Shown here piece after piece: positions 28,832-38,900 of a stretch of 64,000 bases of DNA (position 1 is the stretch's first letter; every line of letters begins with the position of its first letter). Source of the DNA: a virus. The position numbers were made by a program, and so were the translations under genes. Below the pieces are notes generated by a model. The model was not told the origin of the DNA. It did not search any database and worked only from the letters and a program-made list of their open reading frames with translations. Location: the IMG/VR virus record IMGVR_UViG_3300034280_001042, positions 27,972-91,971 of that record, one strand, 5' to 3'.

Positions 28832-29498
28832 TGTTTTAGTTTTAATACCAGAAATAACAAAGGGAATGAAATCCATTGGATCAAAATCTTTGTTAAAAAT
28901 TAAAAACTCTAAATCTATCATAGAACACCAAATCGAACTATTGCTTTCTATGAAGAATAAAGTCTCTATTAATATTGCAACAGGATTTGATAATGACAAA
29001 ATAAATAAAACTATAGATAAATACAAAAATATTAATATCATATATAATGATCAATATGAAAATACTAATTATGGTAAATGTATAAAATTATTCATACAAC
29101 AAAATCCGAATATTGATAATTTATTTGTGATCGGGAGCGGTATTCTTTTTAAAGAGAATATTTTTTCGCAAAGTTCTTTTGGTAATATATCTAGAATTTT
29201 TATATTAGACAAACCAGCCAATAATTTTAACATAGGATGTAATCCCAATAAAAATATTGAATATTTGTTTTATGATTTACCAGAGCCTTGGGCAGAGTGT
29301 GTGTATTTCGATCTTTCCGGAATCGGAGGATTGAAAACTTTAATAGAACAGAAAAATATAGATCAGATGTATATTTTTGAAATAATCAACGATTTATTAT
29401 TATTGAATATAGATTTTCAGAAAGAGTATTTTTCTAGAAGCAAGTTTTTTAAAATATCTAGTACAAAAGACATAAATAGGGCTAAATTATTTATATGA
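28824..29498 (+). CDS. Nucleotidyltransferase-fold protein (LicC/GlmU-like), degenerate signature
   Basis: LIPEITKGMKSIGSKSLLKI in place of LAAG.G.RM....PK.LL.I; also IIEHQI, TGF, IYN..YE.TN. Confidence 0.7.
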   Translation: MINVLVLIPEITKGMKSIGSKSLLKIKNSKSIIEHQIELLLSMKNKVSINIATGFDNDKINKTIDKYKNINIIYNDQYENTNYGKCIKLFIQQNPNIDNLFVIGSGILFKENIFSQSSFGNISRIFILDKPANNFNIGCNPNKNIEYLFYDLPEPWAECVYFDLSGIGGLKTLIEQKNIDQMYIFEIINDLLLLNIDFQKEYFSRSKFFKISSTKDINRAKLFI

Positions 29499-30223
29499 GT
29501 ATATTATTTATTCAGGATTCGGATAATAAGTTCGTTAATAATATAAAATTAACACAGATTCCAAACCACCAGATAATGTTTGGTCCTATAAATCAAAATT
29601 TATATGGTTTATACTATAATTATCGTTTTAGTCATTTGATACTCATGGCTTCTATGCTGGACCAAGAAACTCTACAGTTTGTGTCAGAATATCATGCAGA
29701 AATTAAATGCTATGTATATAGCGATATTTATATAAGTCCTAATATAGTAGAGCTATATAAGAATAAGGTTACTTTTATCTTAAGAAACAAACAGAATCAT
29801 ATCTCTAAAGATAATTCTATTATACTACCTAAACTAGTGAACGAAGAACTCTTTAATAGTCTCAATCAATCGCCAAACAGACATAATTCTATTATTTGTT
29901 TTATAGATCATTTAGATAAAATTCCTGACTCATTAAATCAATATTTATATCCAATGACAAAGCTACCAATTAAATTATTTAATAATAGTAACATAAAACA
30001 TCATCAAAACCTAGGAACTCTATCAGAGATAGACAAAGCATCTATGCTGCAACAGGTTCGATATTATCTTACTATTGACGAGCACTATCTTGCTGAAGCT
30101 TGGGCTGGAGGATGCGATGTTTTGACTATAGAGGAATTAGACCTAATACAACCCAAAAAATATAAACATAAAAAACAATGTCAAACATATAAAAGCTTTA
30201 TGGAGAATTTTTTAAATGCTTAA
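29495..30223 (+). CDS. Degenerate GT-like protein
   Basis: NLG.LSE.DK..MLQ..RYYL....YLAEAWAGGC resembles a GT-B C-terminal domain. Confidence 0.45.
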   Translation: MSILFIQDSDNKFVNNIKLTQIPNHQIMFGPINQNLYGLYYNYRFSHLILMASMLDQETLQFVSEYHAEIKCYVYSDIYISPNIVELYKNKVTFILRNKQNHISKDNSIILPKLVNEELFNSLNQSPNRHNSIICFIDHLDKIPDSLNQYLYPMTKLPIKLFNNSNIKHHQNLGTLSEIDKASMLQQVRYYLTIDEHYLAEAWAGGCDVLTIEELDLIQPKKYKHKKQCQTYKSFMENFLNA

Positions 30224-30683
30224 ATCGTCAGATATCGGTTTTGTATCGCTAAAGCTTACTAATACTAGTTTTTATGAAAATCTACTACAAACAGCAAGAC
30301 AATTTATAGATAATCAACCATACAATCAAATTGTGGTATTTAATAGTTTTTGTGATAAAATAGATACTCATTCTGTGCCAATATTACACCTTAACCATGC
30401 TAAGTTTTTTAATGGGAATCTTATATTGTTTGATTTGGCTAGTGTTCTTTTAACACAAAGCTTCACTAATATTAAAAAACGATTTCTTTATACTAAAGAC
30501 ACTCCATGGGCTACTTCGCCAACTACTAAGTATACCGAATGGTTAAAGTTATATGGGTCTAGTAATCTTGATATTATTGTTCCAAACCACCAACTATATG
30601 ATATATACAGCATATGTTGGAAACAACCAGTAGGAATATCGGAGAATTTTCATTATGAAGAAATCAAAAATTTTATACTCTAA
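30216..30683 (+). CDS. Hypothetical protein
   Basis: Coupled ORF at the end of the GT-like cluster. Confidence 0.6.
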   Translation: MLKSSDIGFVSLKLTNTSFYENLLQTARQFIDNQPYNQIVVFNSFCDKIDTHSVPILHLNHAKFFNGNLILFDLASVLLTQSFTNIKKRFLYTKDTPWATSPTTKYTEWLKLYGSSNLDIIVPNHQLYDIYSICWKQPVGISENFHYEEIKNFIL

Positions 30684-31452
30684 TTTGTCAGACGAAGAAA
30701 AGTATACCATATTAGATCAACTATATTCTCAACAACAACAAAGTTTTGCAGATATAGCTGATGCGTATGAGACATATCCTAATAAGGTTCGCAGAGACGC
30801 TAAGAGACTTCAAATTCAAATTAGAAATAAATCTGAGGCTCAAAAAAATGCCTTATCTTCTGGCAAACATAAACATCCAACAAAGGGTAAGCCAAGGTCT
30901 GCCGACATAAAAAAGAAAATAGGTTCTGGAGTTCTTAGTTCATGGGAAGAATTGACAGATCAAGAACTTCAGTTAAGAAAAGATAAAGCAAAAGAAAACT
31001 GGCAAAAGTTGAGTGAAGAAGAAAAACAGAACATGCAAAGAGCAGCAACTAATGCTGTAAGATTAAGTAGCAAGGTAGGATCTAAGTTAGAGAAATTTAT
31101 TTTGACACAATTACTTGCAGATGGTTATTATGTTGAATTCCACAAAGAACAAACTCTTGTAAATACCAAGTTGCAAATCGACCTGTTTCTTCCTAAGATA
31201 AACACAGCGATTGAGATTGATGGACCTTCTCATTTTTTGCCGGTTTGGGGAGAAAATGCATTACAAAAAAATATCTCCTATGATCAAAAAAAGGAAGGAT
31301 TGATTCTAGGAAAAGGCTGGCATCTGATTAGGATCAAACAGCTACGAGATTTTTCTACTACCAGATCACAAATTCTATACGATAAATTAATTCAAGTAAT
31401 AAGCCAAATAGATTCTAATACTACCCCACAAAGAATTATAGTTGAGGACTAA
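30655..31452 (+). CDS. HTH + NUMOD3-like + Vsr/DUF559 endonuclease (homing-endonuclease-like architecture)
   Basis: SFADIA...TYPNKVRR, HPTKGKPRS.DIKKKI, IDLFLP...AIEIDGPSH, D..K...G..LIRI. Confidence 0.75.
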   Translation: MKKSKILYSNLSDEEKYTILDQLYSQQQQSFADIADAYETYPNKVRRDAKRLQIQIRNKSEAQKNALSSGKHKHPTKGKPRSADIKKKIGSGVLSSWEELTDQELQLRKDKAKENWQKLSEEEKQNMQRAATNAVRLSSKVGSKLEKFILTQLLADGYYVEFHKEQTLVNTKLQIDLFLPKINTAIEIDGPSHFLPVWGENALQKNISYDQKKEGLILGKGWHLIRIKQLRDFSTTRSQILYDKLIQVISQIDSNTTPQRIIVED

Positions 31453-31453
31453 A

Positions 31454-32182
31454 ATGATCAAAAAAGATAAAGTTGAAAACAAGTTAGAAACTGAACATGA
31501 ACAGGAAGCTGTCCGTATTCCAATTATTACGGATATAGAATGGACAGACTATGTATTAGGTCTATTATCTGATGATGAAAAAATAGCCGGAAATCCAACA
31601 ACAGATGGATTAAGAAGAGTTTTTGAAATTGCTCTAAATTGTCTGGTAATTAATGCGTCTACTAATGTGGTCCAATCTCCGGCCCCTGACAACGAAAAAA
31701 GAGCTACTGTTGTTCACACCATTGACTATGTATTAAAAGATGTTCCGTCAGAGGAGTCTGAGTTTAAATACAGGTCTGTAAGTGGCTCTGCTGACGTTTA
31801 TTGGGGGAATTGTGACAAGATCTATCGTAATCATCCCGTTGCTGTTGCAGAAACTCGGGCTGAAGGTAGAGCACTAAGACGAGCACTAAGGCTTAGAAAA
31901 GTTGTGGCAGCAGAAGAAATTGCCAAGGACATGGAGGATCATCCTGATCAAAATTCTGTATCCAAGATTAGCCATAATCAAATAAATTTTGTTGACGTAA
32001 TGGCACAAAGACTTAATATAAGTGTAATTAAGCTGTTGGAAAGCAATCAATTGGTAACAGATAATATCTACAATTTATTGCATGAAGATGCTGTTAAAGT
32101 AATTAGGCAGTTATCTAAATTCCAACAGAATATATCGGAAATTCCCGAAAACATTTTAGGTTACTCTAGCGACTGGAAATAA
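31454..32182 (+). CDS. Putative single-strand annealing protein (Rad52/Sak-like)
   Basis: VAETRAEGRALRRAL motif and C-terminal S..QI.F...L domain. ATG at 31454 after GAGG. Confidence 0.55.
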   Translation: MIKKDKVENKLETEHEQEAVRIPIITDIEWTDYVLGLLSDDEKIAGNPTTDGLRRVFEIALNCLVINASTNVVQSPAPDNEKRATVVHTIDYVLKDVPSEESEFKYRSVSGSADVYWGNCDKIYRNHPVAVAETRAEGRALRRALRLRKVVAAEEIAKDMEDHPDQNSVSKISHNQINFVDVMAQRLNISVIKLLESNQLVTDNIYNLLHEDAVKVIRQLSKFQQNISEIPENILGYSSDWK

Positions 32183-32184
32183 AC

Positions 32185-32520
32185 ATGAAAGTTACTTATA
32201 AGGCTAATGATAAGCTACAGTTTGAACTTGAAGGATCTGGACAAAAGGAAGTATTCAAAGAACTCTCCTTAATACAAGAAATCTTCAGCGAAGACAAATG
32301 CGGAGCTTGTGGTAAAAATAACTTTAAGTTCGTAGTTAGAAATGTTGATAGTAATGACTATTATGAACTAAGATGTAATGAATGTAGTGCTGTCTTATCA
32401 TTTGGTCAACACAAAAAGGGTGGTACTTTATTTCCAAAGCGCAAAGATGACGAAGGAACATATCTACCCAACAAGGGATGGCACAAGTGGGTACCGGACG
32501 GAAAAGAAGCTAAGAAGTAA
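32185..32520 (+). CDS. Zinc-ribbon protein
   Basis: CGACG...CNEC. Confidence 0.7.
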   Translation: MKVTYKANDKLQFELEGSGQKEVFKELSLIQEIFSEDKCGACGKNNFKFVVRNVDSNDYYELRCNECSAVLSFGQHKKGGTLFPKRKDDEGTYLPNKGWHKWVPDGKEAKK

Positions 32521-32521
32521 T

Positions 32522-32926
32522 TTAGATCTCTTTTTTCCACTTTCCAACTGGACACTCTTGATCCGCCCAAGCCAATTTACTAGCAAACATTTTGTTACGA
32601 AATAAGGGACACCCACATTTTGTACATGTGTCTTCTTTAAAGAATTCACAAGTCATACAGATGTCATGTCTTTTAATAATCTGTTCTTCTGTACAGGTAG
32701 GCATTCCTGTTTTTAAATGATTAATTGCAGCACCAGCAAAGTTCTTAATCTTTTGGGAAAAAGAAATTTTATCCTCTAATGATCTTTGCAAAGATTTTTT
32801 ACACGGAAACATCGGTGGAGAATCGATAGGATCCTGAACAGTTATTTTTATTCCACAGTTTTTGCATTCGTAGTGAATATTATCAAGTGTTATAAACTCA
32901 CAAAAGATATTATATGTCGTATTCAT
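32522..32926 (-). CDS. Cys-rich small protein (DUF6171-like)
   Basis: R..IC..C......C.KCGC....K......CP.GKW. Confidence 0.7.
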   Translation of the reverse strand: MNTTYNIFCEFITLDNIHYECKNCGIKITVQDPIDSPPMFPCKKSLQRSLEDKISFSQKIKNFAGAAINHLKTGMPTCTEEQIIKRHDICMTCEFFKEDTCTKCGCPLFRNKMFASKLAWADQECPVGKWKKEI

Positions 32927-35900
32927 ATGGAATAAGTTCCCATGGAGACAAACTCTTTAACTCATCTGTTTTATTCTCTATGCCATCAACGCTACCAAAA
33001 AAGGCTCTATACAACATTTCATTTTGTAACTTTAAAAAATCTGGAGTTGTGCTATATTGTAGTTGATTATTTTGGTCTTTCTGCAAACACTGCCATACAT
33101 AAAAATAATTATTTAAACTTTGACCAATATTTAGTTCCGGTGGAGACTCAAAACTGGAGTTAGGTCTAAACTCAGTTCCAGCGCTACCATATTTGTATAC
33201 TGTAGTATAATAATCTATGGATCTAACTTGTCTAGGAACTTTTCGGAATCTAACCTTAAGTGTATTTTGATCGTCTAAATTAAAAATATTGTAAACTCTA
33301 GTTAGGGTATTCTGTCTAGAACCAAATGGACCAGCTAATCCCTTACTGACATCCGCAGACCCATCGTTTTTATAGCAACTAGTCGGAATTGGATTGTTGT
33401 CAGTTTTAATATGACAAGGAACGGCTAAAAGATAGGTTTCTGTTGCTCTTACAACAAGGTCTTGAGTACCGGCGGCGAAATCGTCATTAACAAAAAAAGT
33501 TCGTTCAACAATATGATTAGTTTTCCATTTGATATTAGGATATTTAGTTTCATATTCTTGTTTTTGTTTGTCAATAGTAACTTGTGGAATTTCATATGTA
33601 ATCCTCATATCACTTCCAAACAAACCTCCAGGAATAGATCCCGCTCCGAGACTAACAGCCCCACCAGATACAGGTATTTGACCACCAGCTAACATATTGC
33701 CAGGACAAATATTGTTGTCTAGTGGTCCACTAGCAGCATTAGCGTATCCACATACATATTGAGTTTTGATTAAAATTTTAGGACAGTCTTCTTCAGCAAT
33801 ACTACAAGATTGTTTTGGGTCGATATTTATCCAATAATAATTATCAGATATGTCTTCATATGTAATAGATAAAGAACCTTCTCCTACAGTATTATTACTG
33901 TTTTGATTAGCTGGTGTTACCGATACTCTAGTATATGGTAAAATACTCGAATTGGATGTTTTGGCTGTATAAGTAACATTTCCGTCTGCATCTGTTGTTC
34001 TAGTCGTTTGATTTTGTAATAGTCTTATGAGATCATTTCTTTCTTTATATCTATTAAGTATTGCTTGTTTAGTTAATCTTTTATAACAAGAAGATCTATT
34101 ACTAGAATTTGATTTTTGATAGCACGATAGTGGGTCTTCTTCTAAAGAATTATAGTGATTTTCTAAGTCAGAAATACTACCCACATTGATAATATTTGAA
34201 GTTCGAGCAGGTTTACCTATCTCGCTGGTTATATCTATATTATTAGACTCTAAGGAATTAAGCCTAGTCACCACAGTAGTAATAGTCTCTTGATCTAAAT
34301 GGTTGGTTGGTGCTGCTTGTATGTAGTCTTCATCAAAAATTATTTCTCCATATCTAACGCTAGATAGTTCTTCGGATGCTAAATGAGGACATTTAATAAA
34401 AATAATTTGCATAGCAGTGTCAGGAATATCTGCTACAGTATTCGTTAACGCTTCAAGCAGAGTTTCGTATTGTGCATCTGTCATATTAGGATGACGAATA
34501 AATTTGAATCCCCCATTCAAGAAAATATTCTTAATATCTTTGAGAGAGCAGGCATAACCTAAAGCTCCATTATTATTTTCTATAGGAGTAACTGTGGTTG
34601 TAGTCTGTCCATCTTCAGTTAATGATTCTGTAAATATTGTCATATTATTAAATTTAAATCTATCATTAATATGATTATTAAATAGTTCATATATTGTTTT
34701 AAGTTGATTCTTTTGTAGTTTATAGGTTAAAATTTCTTTGTTTTTGAATGGAGAACCATTACCATATGCTCCTAGTCCAGTAGTAGAAAATTGAGTGTCT
34801 GGTACTGTCTGATGTATTTGTTCTTTTTCCAAACCCCAAACATTGATTGGTTGTTCTGTAATCTTGGTTGTTTGTGGTTTAAATACTACAATTGTGTCAC
34901 TATTACTAACGTGACTAATAAGATTATTGGTATTAATAGAAGCTGACAACTCTAATACCGTGTAGTATCTATTGTCTTTGATAATGAGTCCCTTTTGATT
35001 AATAATAACAGAGACTGGGTCGGTACTATCTCTTGTAGATTCATTATATATATTAACCGTATCTGAAACACCAAATACGTAAAATGGTATTTTACCCTCT
35101 AAGAGAACAAGATTATTCAGAGGGGAGTTGAAGATATTTGTTTTATAGCTTAATATATTATTGTGTGATAAAATTTTATTAGAACTAACTAAGCGCCCAG
35201 GCTCTAACGGTAAATCGCTGTCACGAGAACCTGATTTGGTAATTCTATAAATAGTATCGTTATCTTTAATATAAAACCCACCAAGGTAGTCCTGTGCCAA
35301 AGGAACTGTACAGGTTAATTGAAACAATGTCCCATCTGCTAGACTGCTTATTTTATCTATGTCTTTGATTTTGCTCGCAAGATAAGATACATTTGACTCT
35401 GTACCTTCTTGAGCATTAATTAAATCTAGTTCTCCTAAAGATATGTTAATAAACATATTATTATCTAATAATTGACCAACGTCTGTAACGGATTCCATAG
35501 CAAATTCTGATAGTCCCGGCATAGTTCCTCTGCCTAACTTAACAAATTTGTATTTATTGTGTTCAAGAACTGGAGTATTTTTATACTTAAAGACAGAAGC
35601 TTCTAATTTATACCAAATACCACCATCTTTACTAACGTTTAATAGTATCTTTTCTGGAGAACCAAAAGGGAAATTACTATATCTTGGAGCATAGGCGAAT
35701 CTTGCTTTTTCTGTGATATTATTATATAATCTGTTGCTAGCAAAATACTCCATAATCTGATTAAAACCGCTGGAGTAACTGGCTCCAAAACCCATAGTTG
35801 CTCCAATCAGACCTCCTCCTCCTGATGCAAAACCGGATGTTGTGCCTACCATAATGTTAAGTATAGCATCTGTCGGGAAAGTAGGAGGCCTAATCATAGA

Positions 35901-38900
35901 TGCTTTGGGTCTGTTGTCGGGGTCGGCAAAATCACAGAGAGAAGAGTCGTTAATATACACATATGGAGCATTTAGATTAACATTCGGTAATAGATGTTTT
36001 TTATTGCTCATATCCGCAATAAAACCATAGCCTGGATATCTTGGTTCTTTACCGTATTCAATAAGAGCTAAAGGATCAGTATTTCCATAAGCGTCTAAAT
36101 CCCCACCCTTAGAAGCAACATATTTACGAGTTTTATCGGTATGTAATATAATTTCCCAAGAACAAAGAGAATTAAAAATTTCTGCTGATCTTTGTTTAAC
36201 ATCTGGAGTGTCGTATCCTGTTAATAAGCTATTATTATTAACCATATCATACAATTTCATTTCATCATAGTCGTCTAAAACCATAATGTTTAATGTAAAA
36301 ACAGTTGATGAATCATAAGTTGGATGTATAGGACAGGATTTATCGTCTTCAGCCGGAGGATTAATAAATAATGATCTATTTTTGAATTTAGCAAAGTGAT
36401 TGTTTACCACATTCAGTTGGTTATTTCTGATAATATTTTGATACAAAACAGAGGAAATGTCTGAATATCCTGTAGACGCTATCGTTGGTTGAATTTCATA
36501 ATTATCATTAATAATATTTTGTTGTAATCCAATACCTTCGGAAGTCAGAGAATTTTGGTCAAAAGGCACATTGTATTTTGAAGCATGGTCTGAGAATTTT
36601 ATAGACATATTAAACTTATTATTTTGTATGTGTTCTTTATTGAGCAAATACAGTCTTAAGGGCTCAACCCATGTGTAAGTAGAATTCATATCTATTAGAT
36701 CAGATAAATACTCTGCTACTCCAGTATTTGGTATAGTTGTTTTAACAGATTCTCCGCAGTGGCTATAAAAATTAGGCTTACCATATAATCCATTAGGAAA
36801 TTTTTTATCTATAAAACCATCTGCTCTAGTAATAGGACATTGTGCTTTTCCAGATTTTGATTGAGCTAACTGTTTCCTAGATTCTGCTGAAGGAGATACA
36901 TCTAACCAGATGACTAAGTTTTTAGTGTTAACATAGTTTAAGAAGTTTAATTTAACTTCTAAATCCTGAATATTTAATGTATTTATTCTGGGGTTTCTTA
37001 AACCTTTATCGCTACCAATCGGATTTGACGGACCAGTTACAGCAAAACTATATGTATATGTAGCTGAATTGATGTTTGTTAAGGACTCTCCTGGTTGACA
37101 AGATGCTTTATTTGCTTCAAATCCAAATTCATCAACAACTTCAGAATTAGTAGAAATACCAAGCTCTGCTGTTTTGGGTAATCCTCCATTTAAATATCTA
37201 TATCCATGATGAAGGTATGTGGATCCTCCAGAATATTGGTCTGCTAACTCTTTATTGATTTGATTGTTTTTTTCATGTTCTTTGAGATCTTCTGGATCTA
37301 CAGGTACGCAATTACTTTTGAAAGGATCCCAATGTATAGGAGAAGCAATATTAAGCTTAATAGAGCTCTTGTAAACATTTGGTATATTCTCAAAATTGCT
37401 ATTATAAGTTGATTTAAGATTAATTAATCCAGGACCAGTAAAGCTAAAAGATTCTCTGGCTCCAGGATTAAATTTCAACACACTGCTTAAGTTAGCATGT
37501 GTATTAAATTCTTCAGAAGGAGCCTGAATCCAACCACTAGACGGATGAAAAACTCCTTTATGAAATTCAATATAGCTATCTGTTTGAGTAGTAGCTTGTT
37601 GATAACATAATTTAATACTATTATTAATAGGCTGTCCTGGAATACTATCTGCTTTATAGTCTAATTTATACCCTGTTACAACAGGCAATATGTTGGGTAC
37701 TGCAGCAACTCCTGCTGGAAAAAATTCTGCAGCATTTAATGGAGGTCTGACATGGTCAGGAATTACTACTCCGATGTCATTAATTATTCCTCGACTATAT
37801 CCTCCGTAAGTCTTAATCGGAGGAGCATTTAGCGTTGATATTGGAGGATATCCAAAATTTACGAACTCGGTTGTATTTGAAATCTGATTAGTTTGACTAT
37901 TCCAGGTTATTTTTTTGAGAGTAATACCATCTGGAATTTTTTCTCCGCGTAAAACAACAGCTCTTCTTTCTAGCGGTCTAGTACCAGGAATAATAGCAGA
38001 AGTAGAATAGGAGTTCGGATAAAAAAAACTTAAACACTGTCCACAGTCTGTATTGTTTCTAGTATTTTTGAGTACTACTTTGAATAATTTAATAGTAGTA
38101 TTGTTCGTATTGTATGCTATGTTTAATTGGCTATTTTTGTTTCCAACTCCCGTGTCTGGTACACTAGATCCAAAAGAAAATTTGGCAGTACCTTCTAAGG
38201 TAAATTCTCCATTAATAGTAGTATACTTATACAAAGTCTTCATAGGCCAAAACAAGCCGGATTTATGTACTGCTATCTCAGATAAAGACGAACAAATAAT
38301 TTTTAAATGATCACTAGTTATTAGAATGGGTTGGGCTTCTATTGTATTAATTGGTCCTGGGCTTAATCCTTCTACAGGAATATTGGGGTTTTCAGGATAA
38401 CAAAACTGGCCGATACCTGCATTATATATTGTTCCTTCTGGGGCATATTTTCCGTAACTGGGTATAGTACTTAATTTCCTGTCAGGATCTTTTTGTGTAC
38501 CGTTTACTACATAAAAGGTTTTCTTTTTGACAAAAGTACCATTAGGAGTAGATACTGTACATTGAATTTTATATTCTCCAGTATCTCGGAGATAAACAAA
38601 TGGATCCAGTTGTGTAGAAGAATCATATCTGGCTTGTTCGAAAAGCAGGTTTGGTTTTCCGCTTAACGTTTCAGCAGTTTTATTGGAATCGCTAAATTTT
38701 AAACAGGGTCCACCTATTTGTTCCCAATATGCAGATACTTTAGATTCTAAAAAAGAAGAGATATTGATCGCAGCAAACTTTATTCTGGTATCGTTAATTG
38801 ATCCGTCGTTGTTAGTTATTGCTATTTTTTCAGTTTCAAAAATGTAATTATTTGCAACATATCTGTTTATAGTAACTCCATCTTGATTGTCTTGTCTATA

